A stretch of 64,000 nucleotides of DNA, taken from positions 5,306 to 69,305 of the forward strand of contig JAJRSK010000021.1 of NCBI GenBank assembly GCA_024278835.1, given 5' to 3'. Shown here in pieces: positions 8,516-19,279 of the stretch. The notes under the pieces were generated by a model, which was given only the letters and a program-made list of their open reading frames with translations, searched no databases and was not told where the DNA came from. This DNA comes from Campylobacterales bacterium (GTDB taxonomy: Bacteria; Campylobacterota; Campylobacteria; Campylobacterales; QNZT01). A program made the translations under genes and the position numbers. Position 1 is the first letter of the stretch, and the number at the start of each line of letters is the position of its first letter.

Positions 8516-10929
8516 TGTTTTATCGTCTTTTCTAATTTTACGATATTTTGTAATGTTTTTAGTACGCTATCTGGATTTAGGCTGATAGAATCTATGCCGA
8601 GCTTTACTAAAAATTCTGCCACTTCAGGATAGTCAGACGGTGCTTGTCCGCAGATACCACTATGGCGCTTATTTCGTTTTGCTCCCTTAATTGCCATCTC
8701 AATCATTTTTAAAACCCCTGGATCTCTCTCATCATAATCAAATGCAACAATCTGGGAATCCCTATCCACACCAAGGGTTAATTGTGTGAGGTCATTGCTT
8801 CCGATACTGAAACCATCAAATATCTGACTAAAGCCGTCAATCTCTATGACATTGTTGGGTATTTCACACATTACATAAATTTTTAATCCATTTTCACCTT
8901 GCACAAGACCATGTTTTGCCATAGCATCTACGACCCGTTTTCCCTCTTCTACGCGTCTGCAAAATGGAATCATTAATATGACATTGTCAAATCCCATTTC
9001 ATCACGAACGCGTTTCATCGCTGCACACTCTAGAACAAATCCCTCCTTGTATGAGGGATGCGTATAGCGTGAAGCTCCTCTAAATCCTATCATGGGATTG
9101 TCTTCTTTTAACTCAAAAAATTCTCCCCCAAGAAGTGTGCTATATTCGTTTGATTTAAAGTCACTCATACGCACAACACAAGGATTTGGATAAACCGATG
9201 AAGCGATGGTTGCTACACCTTCTGATAATGTTTTTATGAAAAATTCTTCCATATTTTTGTGTGCACTACTGAGATTTAAAAGCGCATCTTTAGTTTTGTT
9301 ATCTACTTTTTCAGGGTGAATGAGCGCCATGGGATGTGCTTTGATGTAAGTATTGATGATAAATTCCATTCTTGCCAATCCTATACCGTCTACGGGAAGA
9401 GAACTGAGTGAAAATGCCATCTCTGGATTGCCAAGATTCATCATGATATCTGTTTTGGTTTTTGGAAGTTTGCTTAGATCGGTTTTACTAACTTCAAAAG
9501 AGAGTTCTCCTTCATAGACATAACCTGTTTCACCCTCTGCACAGCTAACTGTAACCATTTGAGTATCTTTTAATATATCGGTTGCATTTTCAGTTCCGAC
9601 TATCGCAGGTATACCCATCTCTCTGGCTACGATAGCAGCATGACAAGTGCGTCCACCCCTGTTTGTCACAATCGCAGAGGCCAATTGCATGACAGGTTCC
9701 CAATCAGGTGTTGTGTTGTCTGCTACAAGCACTTCACCTTTTTTAAATGTATCAAGTTTGGAACTATCATCAATGATATGTACCCTTCCTTGTGCGATTT
9801 TTGTGCCTACTGCCCGACCTGTTACGCGTTTAACTCCCGACTCTTTCATCTGGTACATTTCTAAGATATTTCCTTTTTTTTGAGACTCAACAGTTTCAGG
9901 ACGTGCTTGTACCATGTAAATTTTTCCATCGATGCCATCTTTTGCCCACTCCATATCCATGGGTTTGGTAAAACCAGCTTTTTGGGAGTAGTGCTCTTCA
10001 ACTTTTATAGCATAATCAGCCAATACCATGACATCTTCATCTGTGATACAAAAATGCTCTTGTTCTTCTTGTGTAGTAGCGATGTTTTTTGTATATTGAT
10101 TTGAAAGATTACTTCTATTTAGCGTATCAGTAAAAATCATTTTAAGGCGTTTTTTACCTAAATGACGTTTGAGTACAGTTCTGTGTCCTTTTTTAAATGT
10201 AGGTTTATGCACATAAAAACTATCTGGAGCGATAGTACCTTGGACGACATTTTCTCCCAAGCCATAAGCAGCATTGATAAAGACAACATCTTTAAAACCA
10301 CTCTCTGTATCTATGCTAAACATCACACCACTAGAGGCGAGGTCTGAACGCACCATTTTCATCACAACCACAGAGATAAGAACTTTCAGATAATCAAATT
10401 TATTGACATGTTTATAATGGATAGAACGATCGGTGAAGTTAGAAGCGATACAGCGTTTGTACGCATCAAGTAATTCATCTTCACTCGATATGTTGAGGTA
10501 AGTCTCATTTTGACCGGCAAATGAAGCTTCTGGAGAATCCTCAGCCGTAGCAGAACTTCTCACCGCCAAAGAGAGTCCCTCTTTATACTCATCTTTTAAC
10601 TTTTGATAACCTTTTAAAATCTCTTTTTTCAAATCTTCAGGCAATATGCACGCATCTATAATCTTGCGACATGCACTACCTCTTTGTTGCAACATGGTTA
10701 CATCGTTAGGATTTAAGTCATCCAACTCTGCGTGAAGTTTTTTCCATGCATCATTAAAATCCAGCACATAGCTATAAGCATCGGCAGTAACAGCAAAACC
10801 ATTTGGGACTAGGACACCTTGATCTGTTAGATTTTGATACATCTCCCCCAAAGAAGCATTTTTACCACCTACTTTAGTGACATCTTCTATGCCTATTTCA
10901 CTGAACCATTTTATATATTGTGTTTTCAT
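8512..10929 (-). CDS. ppsA: Phosphoenolpyruvate synthase
   Basis: Full-length match to the PpsA architecture: ATP-grasp N-domain, phosphohistidine swivel (GGRTCHAAIVAREMGIP), and PEP-utilising C-domain. Confidence 0.95.
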   Translation of the reverse strand: MKTQYIKWFSEIGIEDVTKVGGKNASLGEMYQNLTDQGVLVPNGFAVTADAYSYVLDFNDAWKKLHAELDDLNPNDVTMLQQRGSACRKIIDACILPEDLKKEILKGYQKLKDEYKEGLSLAVRSSATAEDSPEASFAGQNETYLNISSEDELLDAYKRCIASNFTDRSIHYKHVNKFDYLKVLISVVVMKMVRSDLASSGVMFSIDTESGFKDVVFINAAYGLGENVVQGTIAPDSFYVHKPTFKKGHRTVLKRHLGKKRLKMIFTDTLNRSNLSNQYTKNIATTQEEQEHFCITDEDVMVLADYAIKVEEHYSQKAGFTKPMDMEWAKDGIDGKIYMVQARPETVESQKKGNILEMYQMKESGVKRVTGRAVGTKIAQGRVHIIDDSSKLDTFKKGEVLVADNTTPDWEPVMQLASAIVTNRGGRTCHAAIVAREMGIPAIVGTENATDILKDTQMVTVSCAEGETGYVYEGELSFEVSKTDLSKLPKTKTDIMMNLGNPEMAFSLSSLPVDGIGLARMEFIINTYIKAHPMALIHPEKVDNKTKDALLNLSSAHKNMEEFFIKTLSEGVATIASSVYPNPCVVRMSDFKSNEYSTLLGGEFFELKEDNPMIGFRGASRYTHPSYKEGFVLECAAMKRVRDEMGFDNVILMIPFCRRVEEGKRVVDAMAKHGLVQGENGLKIYVMCEIPNNVIEIDGFSQIFDGFSIGSNDLTQLTLGVDRDSQIVAFDYDERDPGVLKMIEMAIKGAKRNKRHSGICGQAPSDYPEVAEFLVKLGIDSISLNPDSVLKTLQNIVKLEKTIKQ

Positions 10930-10958
10930 ATCGGCTCCTTAAACCAAAAATACTTTTA

Positions 10959-12113
10959 TCATGATACTCTCTTTTTTATACTCAAAAGATAAGCTATCAA
11001 AGCAAAACTCACCCCTAACATTGAAAAAGCCAAAGCTTCTTGTGCCCCAAAATACTCCCAAAGCATTCCACAAATCATAGCACCAAGAGCTGCAAAAAGT
11101 GCAACACCTGCATAAAATACCCCATACACAGAGCCTTTGTTATGTGCAAATTGTGCGATGTAAGTACGGTTTGCATTGAGAGAAGTAACGGTAAAAATAC
11201 CTAAAAATGCATAAGCAACCCAGACAGAGAGTTGACTTCCCCACATGAGTAATAACTGTGCTACAAGAGCTGAAATATAAGCCATAGCCATAACCTTAAA
11301 ATAACCGATTTTATCTATAAGCTTGCCGATAGGAAAACTTATCAATGTCTGTGTCAGCGTAGAGACAACAAACAAAAGAGGAATCCAAAATGTTTCAATT
11401 CCAACATGTGAAGCTTGCATAGTAAAAAATGCATCACTAAAGAGGAAAAAGAGAAATACAAAGTAAAACAATAATGTTTTGATAACAGAAATATCTTCTT
11501 TTGTGATGGAAAGTTTCTCTTTGTAGCTTAGTGTTTTTGGCACATCTTTGACAAAAAAAGTAACGATGATAAGTGCGAAAACCCCTGGTAAGAGTGTGGC
11601 TATAAAAATAGTTCGTAAAATATCTTCACTCTCTCCCCAAAACAGCAAAACAGCAAAAAGGATTAAAGTTCCACTTAATTCCCCTGCGATATCCATAGTC
11701 TTGTGAAAACCGAAGGTTTTTCCCTCTGCTTTACTTTTGGCATATTTAGAAATCAGCAAATCTTTAGGAGCTGAACGGATACCTTTTCCCAATCTCTCGA
11801 TACCTCTAAGTGCTGCGACACTTTTCCACCCATAACTTAGTGCGATGAGAGGCTTGCTAAGAGTAGAAAGTGCGTAACCACTAACCATCAAGGGTTTAAC
11901 AATCCCATAGCGATCACTAATATAACCGCTAACAAGCCTCAATGCATATGAAATAAATGTCGCAATCGCCACGATAAAACCCAATTTATCATACCCTTGA
12001 TGTAACACACCAACAACAAAAATAGGCAAAATAGGGTTAATCATAGCAGATGCCATATCTGTAAAAAAACTAACCCAACCTAACATAATGATATTTTTAT
12101 CAATGTTTTTCAT
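10959..12113 (-). CDS. MFS transporter
   Basis: 12-TM-like profile. The ATG at 12113 is preferred over the TTG at 12167 because a -10 element (12133-12138) lies inside the longer ORF. Confidence 0.7.
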   Translation of the reverse strand: MKNIDKNIIMLGWVSFFTDMASAMINPILPIFVVGVLHQGYDKLGFIVAIATFISYALRLVSGYISDRYGIVKPLMVSGYALSTLSKPLIALSYGWKSVAALRGIERLGKGIRSAPKDLLISKYAKSKAEGKTFGFHKTMDIAGELSGTLILFAVLLFWGESEDILRTIFIATLLPGVFALIIVTFFVKDVPKTLSYKEKLSITKEDISVIKTLLFYFVFLFFLFSDAFFTMQASHVGIETFWIPLLFVVSTLTQTLISFPIGKLIDKIGYFKVMAMAYISALVAQLLLMWGSQLSVWVAYAFLGIFTVTSLNANRTYIAQFAHNKGSVYGVFYAGVALFAALGAMICGMLWEYFGAQEALAFSMLGVSFALIAYLLSIKKRVS

Positions 12114-12158
12114 ATCAGTTTCTTTTTTATGTATTATATAAAATATTTGAAAAAATAA

Positions 12159-12174
12159 TGCTACCAAAGTTGCA
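12159..12174. promoter_or_regulatory. Crp/Fnr-type box TGCTACCAAAGTTGCA between divergent MFS-ppsA-pcm and PFOR promoters
   Basis: 16-bp inverted repeat. It lies 21 nt from TATCAT (12196-12201, plus strand) and 20 nt from TATAAT (12138-12133, minus strand). Confidence 0.6.
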
Positions 12175-12219
12175 CGTATTAAAATCCAAGAGTAGTATCA
12201 TGATAGTGGAGGAGTTTTT

Positions 12220-15200
12220 ATGTCTAGAAAAATTATGGATGCCAATGAAGCAGTTGCCAGAATTGCTCATAAAACCAATGAAGTGATTGCTATTTATCCT
12301 ATTACTCCTGCATCAAGTATGGGAGAGTATGCAGATTTCTATTCTGTGCAGGGAAAAGAAAATGTCTTTGGAACTGTTCCAAAGGTGATAGAGATGCAGA
12401 GTGAGGCGGGAGCTGCTGGGGCAATACATGGAGCTCTTCAGAGTGGTTCTTTAACAACAACTTTTACCGCTTCACAGGGGCTTTTGTTGATGCTTCCAGA
12501 TATGTATAAGATTGCAGGGGAGCTAACTTCTACAGTTTTCCATGTAGCAGCTCGTTCTATTGCTGCACAGGCACTTTCGATATTTGGTGACCATACAGAT
12601 GTGATGCAGGTGAGGCAGAGCGGATTTGCTCTTTTAAACTCTTGTGATGCACAAGAGGCACAGGATTTTGCTCTTATCGCACAAGCTACAACGCTAAAAG
12701 CTAGAGTTCCAATTCTTCACTTTTTTGATGGTTTTCGTACCTCTTCGGAGTTAATGGGAGTGGAGACGATAGGTGATGAGATTATTCGTAAGATGATTGA
12801 TATCAAGCTTTTAAATGAACATAAAGCAAGGGCACTTGATCCTGAAAAACCAGTGATAAGAGGAACTTCACAAAATCCTGATTTTTATTTTCAAGGGCGA
12901 GAGAGTGTAAATCGTTATTATGATGCTTTTCCAGCTATCTTGCAAGAGAACATGGATAAGTTTGCAAAATTGACTGGTAGAGAGTATCATCTATTTGAGT
13001 ATGATGGCAGTAAAAATCCTGACAGAGTGATTGTTATCATGGGTAGTGCTTCAAAAACAGCTAAGGAGAGTGTAAAAGAACTCGTAAAAATGCATGAAAA
13101 TGTAGGTGTTGTAACAGTTAGACTTTTTCAACCATTTGATAAGGAGACTTTTTTAAAAATTATTCCACAAAGTGTGCAAAAGATTGCTGTGCTAGATCGT
13201 ACGAAAGAGGTGGGCTCTTCTGGTGAGCCACTTTATTTGGATGTAGTAGAGGCATTTAGCCAGAGTGTGATACATAAAAAAAGAGAAATGCTGCCTGTTA
13301 TCATCGGTGGTCGTTATGGGCTCTCTTCAAAAGAGTTTACGCCTGCGATGGTTAAAGCGGTGTTTGATGAGTTAAAAAATGATGAACCGAAAAATCCTTT
13401 TACGGTTGGTATCATAGATGATGTGACGCATCTTTCACTTTTCTCTGATAAAGATTTTATACTAAAAAATGATAAAACCACACAAGCACTTTTTTATGGT
13501 TTGGGTTCAGATGGTACGGTAGGGGCAAATAAGAATTCCATCAAAATTATTGGAGAAGATAAAGGACTTTTTGTTCAGGGGTATTTTGTGTATGACTCTA
13601 AAAAGGCAGGGTCTATGACGATTTCACATTTGCGGTTTGGTAAAGAGCTGATTGAGTCAACTTATCTTATCGAAAAAGCTGATTTTATCGGAGTTCATCA
13701 ATTTGTCTTTTTAAAAAAATATGACATTTTAAAACATGCTGTAAAAGGAGCAACAGTTCTTATAAATAGTCCTTATGAGATAGACGAAACATGGGATAAA
13801 CTTCCAAGAATTGTTCAAGAACAGATTATAAATAAAAACTTAAAACTTTATGCGATAAATGCTTACGAGGTGGCAAAATCTTGTGGCTTACATAGGCATA
13901 TAAACACTGTCATGCAGACTGCTTTTTTTGCACTAACAGATATCATAGAAACCAAAGAAGCGATACAAAAGATAAAAGAGTCTATACAAAAAAGTTATGG
14001 GCTTAAAGGTGAGATTGTAGCCCGTTTAAATTATTGTGCTGTGGATCATACCCTGACCGAGCTACAAGAGATTAAAGTTCCTCAAAGTGTTAGTTCTGAT
14101 ATAGAGATGATAGAAGCACTTAAACTAAAAGCAGAAGATCAATTTTTAGAAGAAGTTACAGCTAGATTAGTTGCAAAAAAGGGAGATGAAATTCCTGTAA
14201 GTCTGGTTCCAGCTGATGGTACATGGCCACTTGGAACAACGCAATATGAAAAAAGAAATATTTCACTACAAGCACCATTGTGGGATTCGACTATCTGTAT
14301 ACAGTGTAACCGATGTACTGAAGTTTGTCCGCATGCCGTGATAAGATCTAAAGTATTTAATCCAAGTTTGCTTGAAAGTGCACCAGAAGAGTTTCAACAT
14401 ATAAAAGCCAAAGGCAAAAAATTTACTGGCAATGATTTTACGATACAAGTATCAGTAGAAGATTGTACAGGGTGTACGCTCTGTGTGGAAGAGTGCCCTG
14501 CTATTAACAAAGAAAATCCAGATAAAAAAGCGATAAATATGCAGGATATTGAACCAAGAATTAAAGAATCAGTACAAAACTGGGACTTTTTTATGAAGAT
14601 TCCTGAGTATGATAGAAGCAAGCTTGATGTGAGTAAAACCAAAGAGGCGCAACTATTAAGACCTCTTTTTGAATTTTCAGGTGCCTGTGCGGGATGCGGA
14701 GAAACACCGTATTTAAAACTCCTTTCTCAACTTTTTGGAGATAGATTGATGATAGCAAATGCCACGGGATGCTCTTCTATCTATGGTGGAAATTTACCCA
14801 CAACACCATGGGCAACAGATGAAAATGGCAGAGGGCCTGCATGGTCAAACTCTCTGTTTGAAGACAATGCGGAGTTTGGATTGGGATTTCGTACTACCGT
14901 AGATAAACAAAATATATTTGCCAAAGAGCTTCTTTTAAAACTAAAATTCGAAATTGGTGAAGAGTTAGTAGAAAAAACTCTAAATACAGAGCAAAAAAGT
15001 GAAGAAGGTATCAAAACACAAAGAGAAAATGTAGAAAAAATCAAAGAAAAACTTTCAACTATAAAAGGAGATGATGCAAGACTTCTTGAGGGAGTGCTTA
15101 GTTATCTTATCGTTAAATCCATTTGGGCAGTTGGTGGTGATGGTTGGGCATATGATATAGGTTACGGTGGATTAGACCATGTTTTGGCAAGTGGTGCAAA

Positions 15201-15795
15201 TATCAATATTTTGGTTTTAGATACAGGTGTGTACTCCAACACAGGAGGACAAACTTCCAAAGCGACACCACTGGGTGCAGTAGCAAAGTTTTCGGCAGAG
15301 GGTAAGAACAAGGTACAAAAGGATTTGGCACTTCATGCTTTGGATTATGATGATGTTTATGTGGCAAGAGTGGCATTAGGAGCAAATGATAAGCAAACGC
15401 TTAATGCTTTTTTAGAAGCCCAGTCTTATGATGGTCCCTCACTTATTATCGCTTATAGTCATTGTATCGCACATGGATATGATTTAAAATTTGGTATGAA
15501 ACATCAAGATATGGCAGTAAAATCAGGACTTTGGCCACTATTTCGTTACAATCCAGCTTTGAAAGAGGAGGGTAAAAATCCATTTTCTTTAGATTATAAA
15601 GAGCCAAAACTTCCAGTAGAAGAGTATATGTATAGTGAAAATCGTTTCAAAATGGTTGAGAAAATAAATCCTGAGCTTGCAGAAACATTTATAAAAAAAG
15701 CAGATGAATTTGCCAAAAGAGAGTGGACTCGCTATCAAGACTTAGAAAATTCTGGGAATTTGACATTTAAAAAAGATAAGATATGCCGAACTTAA
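12220..15795 (+). CDS. nifJ: Pyruvate:ferredoxin (flavodoxin) oxidoreductase, single-polypeptide NifJ type
   Basis: 1191 aa. Two ferredoxin-type CxxCxxCxxxCP motifs (CIQCNRCTEVCP, CTGCTLCVEECP), the GCGETPY and GGDGWAYDIG TPP-binding blocks. Confidence 0.95.
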   Translation: MSRKIMDANEAVARIAHKTNEVIAIYPITPASSMGEYADFYSVQGKENVFGTVPKVIEMQSEAGAAGAIHGALQSGSLTTTFTASQGLLLMLPDMYKIAGELTSTVFHVAARSIAAQALSIFGDHTDVMQVRQSGFALLNSCDAQEAQDFALIAQATTLKARVPILHFFDGFRTSSELMGVETIGDEIIRKMIDIKLLNEHKARALDPEKPVIRGTSQNPDFYFQGRESVNRYYDAFPAILQENMDKFAKLTGREYHLFEYDGSKNPDRVIVIMGSASKTAKESVKELVKMHENVGVVTVRLFQPFDKETFLKIIPQSVQKIAVLDRTKEVGSSGEPLYLDVVEAFSQSVIHKKREMLPVIIGGRYGLSSKEFTPAMVKAVFDELKNDEPKNPFTVGIIDDVTHLSLFSDKDFILKNDKTTQALFYGLGSDGTVGANKNSIKIIGEDKGLFVQGYFVYDSKKAGSMTISHLRFGKELIESTYLIEKADFIGVHQFVFLKKYDILKHAVKGATVLINSPYEIDETWDKLPRIVQEQIINKNLKLYAINAYEVAKSCGLHRHINTVMQTAFFALTDIIETKEAIQKIKESIQKSYGLKGEIVARLNYCAVDHTLTELQEIKVPQSVSSDIEMIEALKLKAEDQFLEEVTARLVAKKGDEIPVSLVPADGTWPLGTTQYEKRNISLQAPLWDSTICIQCNRCTEVCPHAVIRSKVFNPSLLESAPEEFQHIKAKGKKFTGNDFTIQVSVEDCTGCTLCVEECPAINKENPDKKAINMQDIEPRIKESVQNWDFFMKIPEYDRSKLDVSKTKEAQLLRPLFEFSGACAGCGETPYLKLLSQLFGDRLMIANATGCSSIYGGNLPTTPWATDENGRGPAWSNSLFEDNAEFGLGFRTTVDKQNIFAKELLLKLKFEIGEELVEKTLNTEQKSEEGIKTQRENVEKIKEKLSTIKGDDARLLEGVLSYLIVKSIWAVGGDGWAYDIGYGGLDHVLASGANINILVLDTGVYSNTGGQTSKATPLGAVAKFSAEGKNKVQKDLALHALDYDDVYVARVALGANDKQTLNAFLEAQSYDGPSLIIAYSHCIAHGYDLKFGMKHQDMAVKSGLWPLFRYNPALKEEGKNPFSLDYKEPKLPVEEYMYSENRFKMVEKINPELAETFIKKADEFAKREWTRYQDLENSGNLTFKKDKICRT

Positions 15796-15822
15796 AGATT
15801 TGGTAATAAAAAATAGGAGGAT

Positions 15823-16269
15823 ATGATGAAGTTAGAAAACACGATGGTAATCGTAGCAGATTTAGGTGAGTTAAAGGTATATAGTGTGAAAAAAAGTGAA
15901 GGCTTGCTTGGCAACGAGATGAAAACTTCTTATACCTTGGAAGTGCTCAACAACATAGGATATATAGATGCACATAAAAAAATGGGTGAAGTGATGAGTG
16001 ATAGTGCTGGTAATTTCATGGGCTCTGCAGGAGAAGAGCATAACCGTGAAAATGAAAGAAAAAAGCGTTCACTTAAAGAGATTGCAGATGATATAGACAT
16101 CATTGTGGCAAATGAAAAACCAAAACAATTTTTTTTATCATTTCCAAAAGATATGCTTTCTAAACTAGTGGATGGTTTGAGTCAAAATACAAAGAATGTT
16201 TTACATAAAACCGTTTCAAGTAACTTAGTCAAAACGGATAAGAGTAAAATTTTGGCATACTTTGAGTGA
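15823..16269 (+). CDS. Hypothetical protein (possibly host-attachment / baeRF-like family)
   Basis: Strong RBS (AGGAGG). The family assignment comes only from weak recollection of the N-terminal IVADxGxxKVY pattern. Confidence 0.35.
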   Translation: MMKLENTMVIVADLGELKVYSVKKSEGLLGNEMKTSYTLEVLNNIGYIDAHKKMGEVMSDSAGNFMGSAGEEHNRENERKKRSLKEIADDIDIIVANEKPKQFFLSFPKDMLSKLVDGLSQNTKNVLHKTVSSNLVKTDKSKILAYFE

Positions 16270-16279
16270 TTGACACCTT

Positions 16280-16993
16280 TTAAATGATGTCTCCCTTTAG
16301 GGGGACTTTGGATGAGACGACTTTTTTGTTTTCTATCTTTAGAATTCTATCGCAAAGAGGAAACATCGCTTCATCATGCGTTACCATGATAACAGCAACA
16401 TTTTGATCTATGGCTATCTTTTTGAGCATCTTTACGACATCAACGGAGCGTGCAGAATCAAGTGCTGCTGTTGGTTCATCTGCCAGTATGATTTCAGGCT
16501 TGTTTGCCAAGGCTCTTGCTATGGCAACTCTTTGGTTTTGTCCACCTGAGAGTTGTGAAGGCAGAGCATGGGCTTTAGAGGATATATCAAAATATTCTAA
16601 AAGTGCCATAGCCTCTTTTTCTGACTGTTTTTTAGAGATGCCATTGGTTTGTGGTACTAGCGTGATGTTTTCAAGAACCGTCAAAAAAGGTATCAGATAA
16701 TGGGCTTGAAAGATAAAACCGATTTTTTCCCGTCGTATCTTTCTGGTCTCTTTGGTAAGCCACTTGTTATCATACACTTTTTCATCACCTAGATATATAG
16801 TCCCAGAAGTTGGCTCTTCTACGCATCCTATCATCATAAGAAGTGTGGTTTTTCCTGCGCCACTTGGTGCTATAAGTGCTACAAGTTCACCTTTGTTTAC
16901 ACTAAAAGAGGCACCATCTATCACTTCAACAAGATTGTCGCCAAATCCAAAATTTTTGACTAGATTTTCAACACGTATACTTTGTTCAGTCAT
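16280..16993 (-). CDS. ABC transporter ATP-binding protein (MacB/LolD-type)
   Basis: Walker A GSGKT-like APSGAGKTT, signature LSGGQNQR, Walker B ILADEPT. Confidence 0.9.
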   Translation of the reverse strand: MTEQSIRVENLVKNFGFGDNLVEVIDGASFSVNKGELVALIAPSGAGKTTLLMMIGCVEEPTSGTIYLGDEKVYDNKWLTKETRKIRREKIGFIFQAHYLIPFLTVLENITLVPQTNGISKKQSEKEAMALLEYFDISSKAHALPSQLSGGQNQRVAIARALANKPEIILADEPTAALDSARSVDVVKMLKKIAIDQNVAVIMVTHDEAMFPLCDRILKIENKKVVSSKVPLKGDII

Positions 16994-16994
16994 A

Positions 16995-18140
16995 TCAACC
17001 TCCTATCGCTGCTGCTGGATCAGCACTGATGACTTTTTTCACACCGATAAAAGAGGACAAAATAGAAAAGACCATCACAACTAAAAAAAGCATCCAGGCA
17101 TCAGGAATTTCCAAAACAACTCTTTTTGGAAAGTTATCATAAATCAGATGAGAAAAGATATTGCCAAATATAAAGGCTAAAAACCCAAAAAGGAGGGTCT
17201 CTTGTACAATCATTTTGATAATCATGCTGTTTGGTATACCGATGAGTTTCATGATAGAAATCTCTTTCATTTTCTCTAACGTCATGGTATAAATGATAAG
17301 TGCGATAATAATCGTAGAAACAGCGACCAAGATAGCAGTAAACATCCCTATTTGTTTAGAAGCCTTTTCGATGAGGTTTTTAGTCAGTATCTCTTTTTGG
17401 TCAGCTTTGGTATAAACACTTTTATGTTTATAGTCTCTTATCTCTTGTGCTACGGCGTCAGGAGAATAACCGTGTCGAAGGGAAGCTACAATCGTATTGA
17501 CCATATGAGAATCTCGGTTTATGATGCCTCTTGCTTTGTCACTTCTTATCCTGTTGTTGGAGTAGGAAAATTGTAATTCTTGGGCGTCTTTTAGGCTGAT
17601 ATAAACCAAGGGGTCACCACCTGAAGAGACGGTTCCCTTTGTGATACCTACGACATTAAAGTCGTTTCTACCAAGCGTGATACGTTCACCTATCCCAAAG
17701 CCTGTTTTATCAGTCACTACTATCTCATAATGGCTCTGTTTTAGACCTCTTCCCTCTATGATCCGTTCTGGATTGATAGCATCGAAACTGCCATGAGGAT
17801 CAAATCCGACTGCCACCACACGCACAGGTTTTACAGATGCAGGAAGTTGGATGTTTTGAAATGTTAGTGCTTCAGCTTTATCAATGCCAGAGATGGTACG
17901 AAGTGTATCTTTTAAATCTTCGTGTACTCTTGATGCTTCAGCAAATGGACCAAGTGTGTCTTCTTGCACCACCCATAAATCAACATTTAAATCATTTAAC
18001 AGTAACTCTGCATCAACAATCATACCTCTATAAACACCTATCATGATAAGAACGATACCTAGTAACATCCCCACACCCATGGATGTAACGATAAATTTTC
18101 CCAATCCATGTGCGATATCTTTTTGTGCTAAATTAATCAT
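16995..18140 (-). CDS. ABC transporter permease, FtsX/MacB-like
   Basis: N-terminal TM segment, a large periplasmic domain, and a C-terminal FtsX-type three-TM bundle. Confidence 0.8.
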   Translation of the reverse strand: MINLAQKDIAHGLGKFIVTSMGVGMLLGIVLIMIGVYRGMIVDAELLLNDLNVDLWVVQEDTLGPFAEASRVHEDLKDTLRTISGIDKAEALTFQNIQLPASVKPVRVVAVGFDPHGSFDAINPERIIEGRGLKQSHYEIVVTDKTGFGIGERITLGRNDFNVVGITKGTVSSGGDPLVYISLKDAQELQFSYSNNRIRSDKARGIINRDSHMVNTIVASLRHGYSPDAVAQEIRDYKHKSVYTKADQKEILTKNLIEKASKQIGMFTAILVAVSTIIIALIIYTMTLEKMKEISIMKLIGIPNSMIIKMIVQETLLFGFLAFIFGNIFSHLIYDNFPKRVVLEIPDAWMLFLVVMVFSILSSFIGVKKVISADPAAAIGG

Positions 18141-19279
18141 TAGTGAATGCTCATTCCCTCTTTGAGTGCTTTGTTCTTAGGTTTTTGTATCAAAATCTTT
18201 GCATTTTTATCAAGCCCTGTGATGCCTAACTCTTTTTCGCCCCTAGCGATAATCTTCACACTTTGAAAGTGTGCTTTTGCGTTTTTAGCTATCCATACAC
18301 CTGCTTTTTCACCTTGATAGATAAGCGCATAATTGGGGATTTTTGCGATATTATCAAAATGTTTTGTCGTGATGAATACTTCTGCTTGTTCATTCATAAA
18401 AAATGGAATCGGCAATGTGTCAAAAGCGATATTGACTTCTCTTTCTCCCGTGATGGCATCACTTTGGGCGACGATACGTTTGACTGAGCCTTTAAACTTT
18501 TTATCATTTTGTGAACGTAGTAGGATGGTGGTTGTTTGTCCTACTTTCACGTCACCACTAATTTTTTCATCGATATAAGCTTTAATCCAAACAGTTTTTG
18601 GATTTACTATGCGCAAGATACTTTGTGCAGGTGTTACACTTTGGTCTACCTCCGCATTTTTTGATATGACATAGCCATCGATGGGAGCGTAGATTTTGTA
18701 GCGAGAGAGTTTGATATTAAGTGCTTCAACACCTTTTTTTGCACGCTTAACTTCTATCTTTGCAGAGTTGACATGTGCTTTAGCGGCACTTAGTTGTGCA
18801 CTTATCCCATCAAAATCTGCTTTGACTTTATCGTATTCGGATTGTGAAACAAAAGATTGTTTTTTTAGTTTTGCGTAACGCTTATAGGTGAGATATGCGA
18901 GGTTTTTTTGCGCTTGTAGACTCTTGAGCTCTTTTTGAGATGCTTCTAGTTCTGAGATGGCTTTTTTTACAGAGATTTTTGCACTATCTAAAAGTTCAGG
19001 GATATCAACGCTATCTATGGTGACTAACAAATCTCCTTTTTTAACCCACAAGCCTTCATCACTTAAAATGGATAAAATCTTTCCACCTGTCTGTGCGTTG
19101 ATAGTATAAATATTTTTGGCACCGACATTACCGATACCAAAAACTTCTACATCTAAGGAGCCGACTGTTGGAGAGATAGTTGTATAGGTAGATTTTGGGA
19201 GATAGACTTTGTTATAAAAGATAAATCCACCGATGCCGATAATGGCAAAGATGATGAAATACTTCAGTAGTTTACTAAT
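18140..19279 (-). CDS. Efflux periplasmic adaptor (membrane fusion protein); start codon uncertain
   Basis: HlyD/MFP-type coiled-coil and beta-barrel segments. The canonical-start ORF begins at 19051 (TTG). The same frame stays open upstream and encodes the expected TM anchor KYFIIFAIIGIGGFIFY with no ATG/GTG/TTG. Confidence 0.7.
   Translation of the reverse strand: MSKLLKYFIIFAIIGIGGFIFYNKVYLPKSTYTTISPTVGSLDVEVFGIGNVGAKNIYTINAQTGGKILSILSDEGLWVKKGDLLVTIDSVDIPELLDSAKISVKKAISELEASQKELKSLQAQKNLAYLTYKRYAKLKKQSFVSQSEYDKVKADFDGISAQLSAAKAHVNSAKIEVKRAKKGVEALNIKLSRYKIYAPIDGYVISKNAEVDQSVTPAQSILRIVNPKTVWIKAYIDEKISGDVKVGQTTTILLRSQNDKKFKGSVKRIVAQSDAITGEREVNIAFDTLPIPFFMNEQAEVFITTKHFDNIAKIPNYALIYQGEKAGVWIAKNAKAHFQSVKIIARGEKELGITGLDKNAKILIQKPKNKALKEGMSIH

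Noticed and set aside
16410-17084. 96-aa and 110-aa plus-strand ORFs over the ABC ATPase gene
   Set aside because: They are antisense to a gene with Walker A, signature and Walker B motifs, and have no independent signals.
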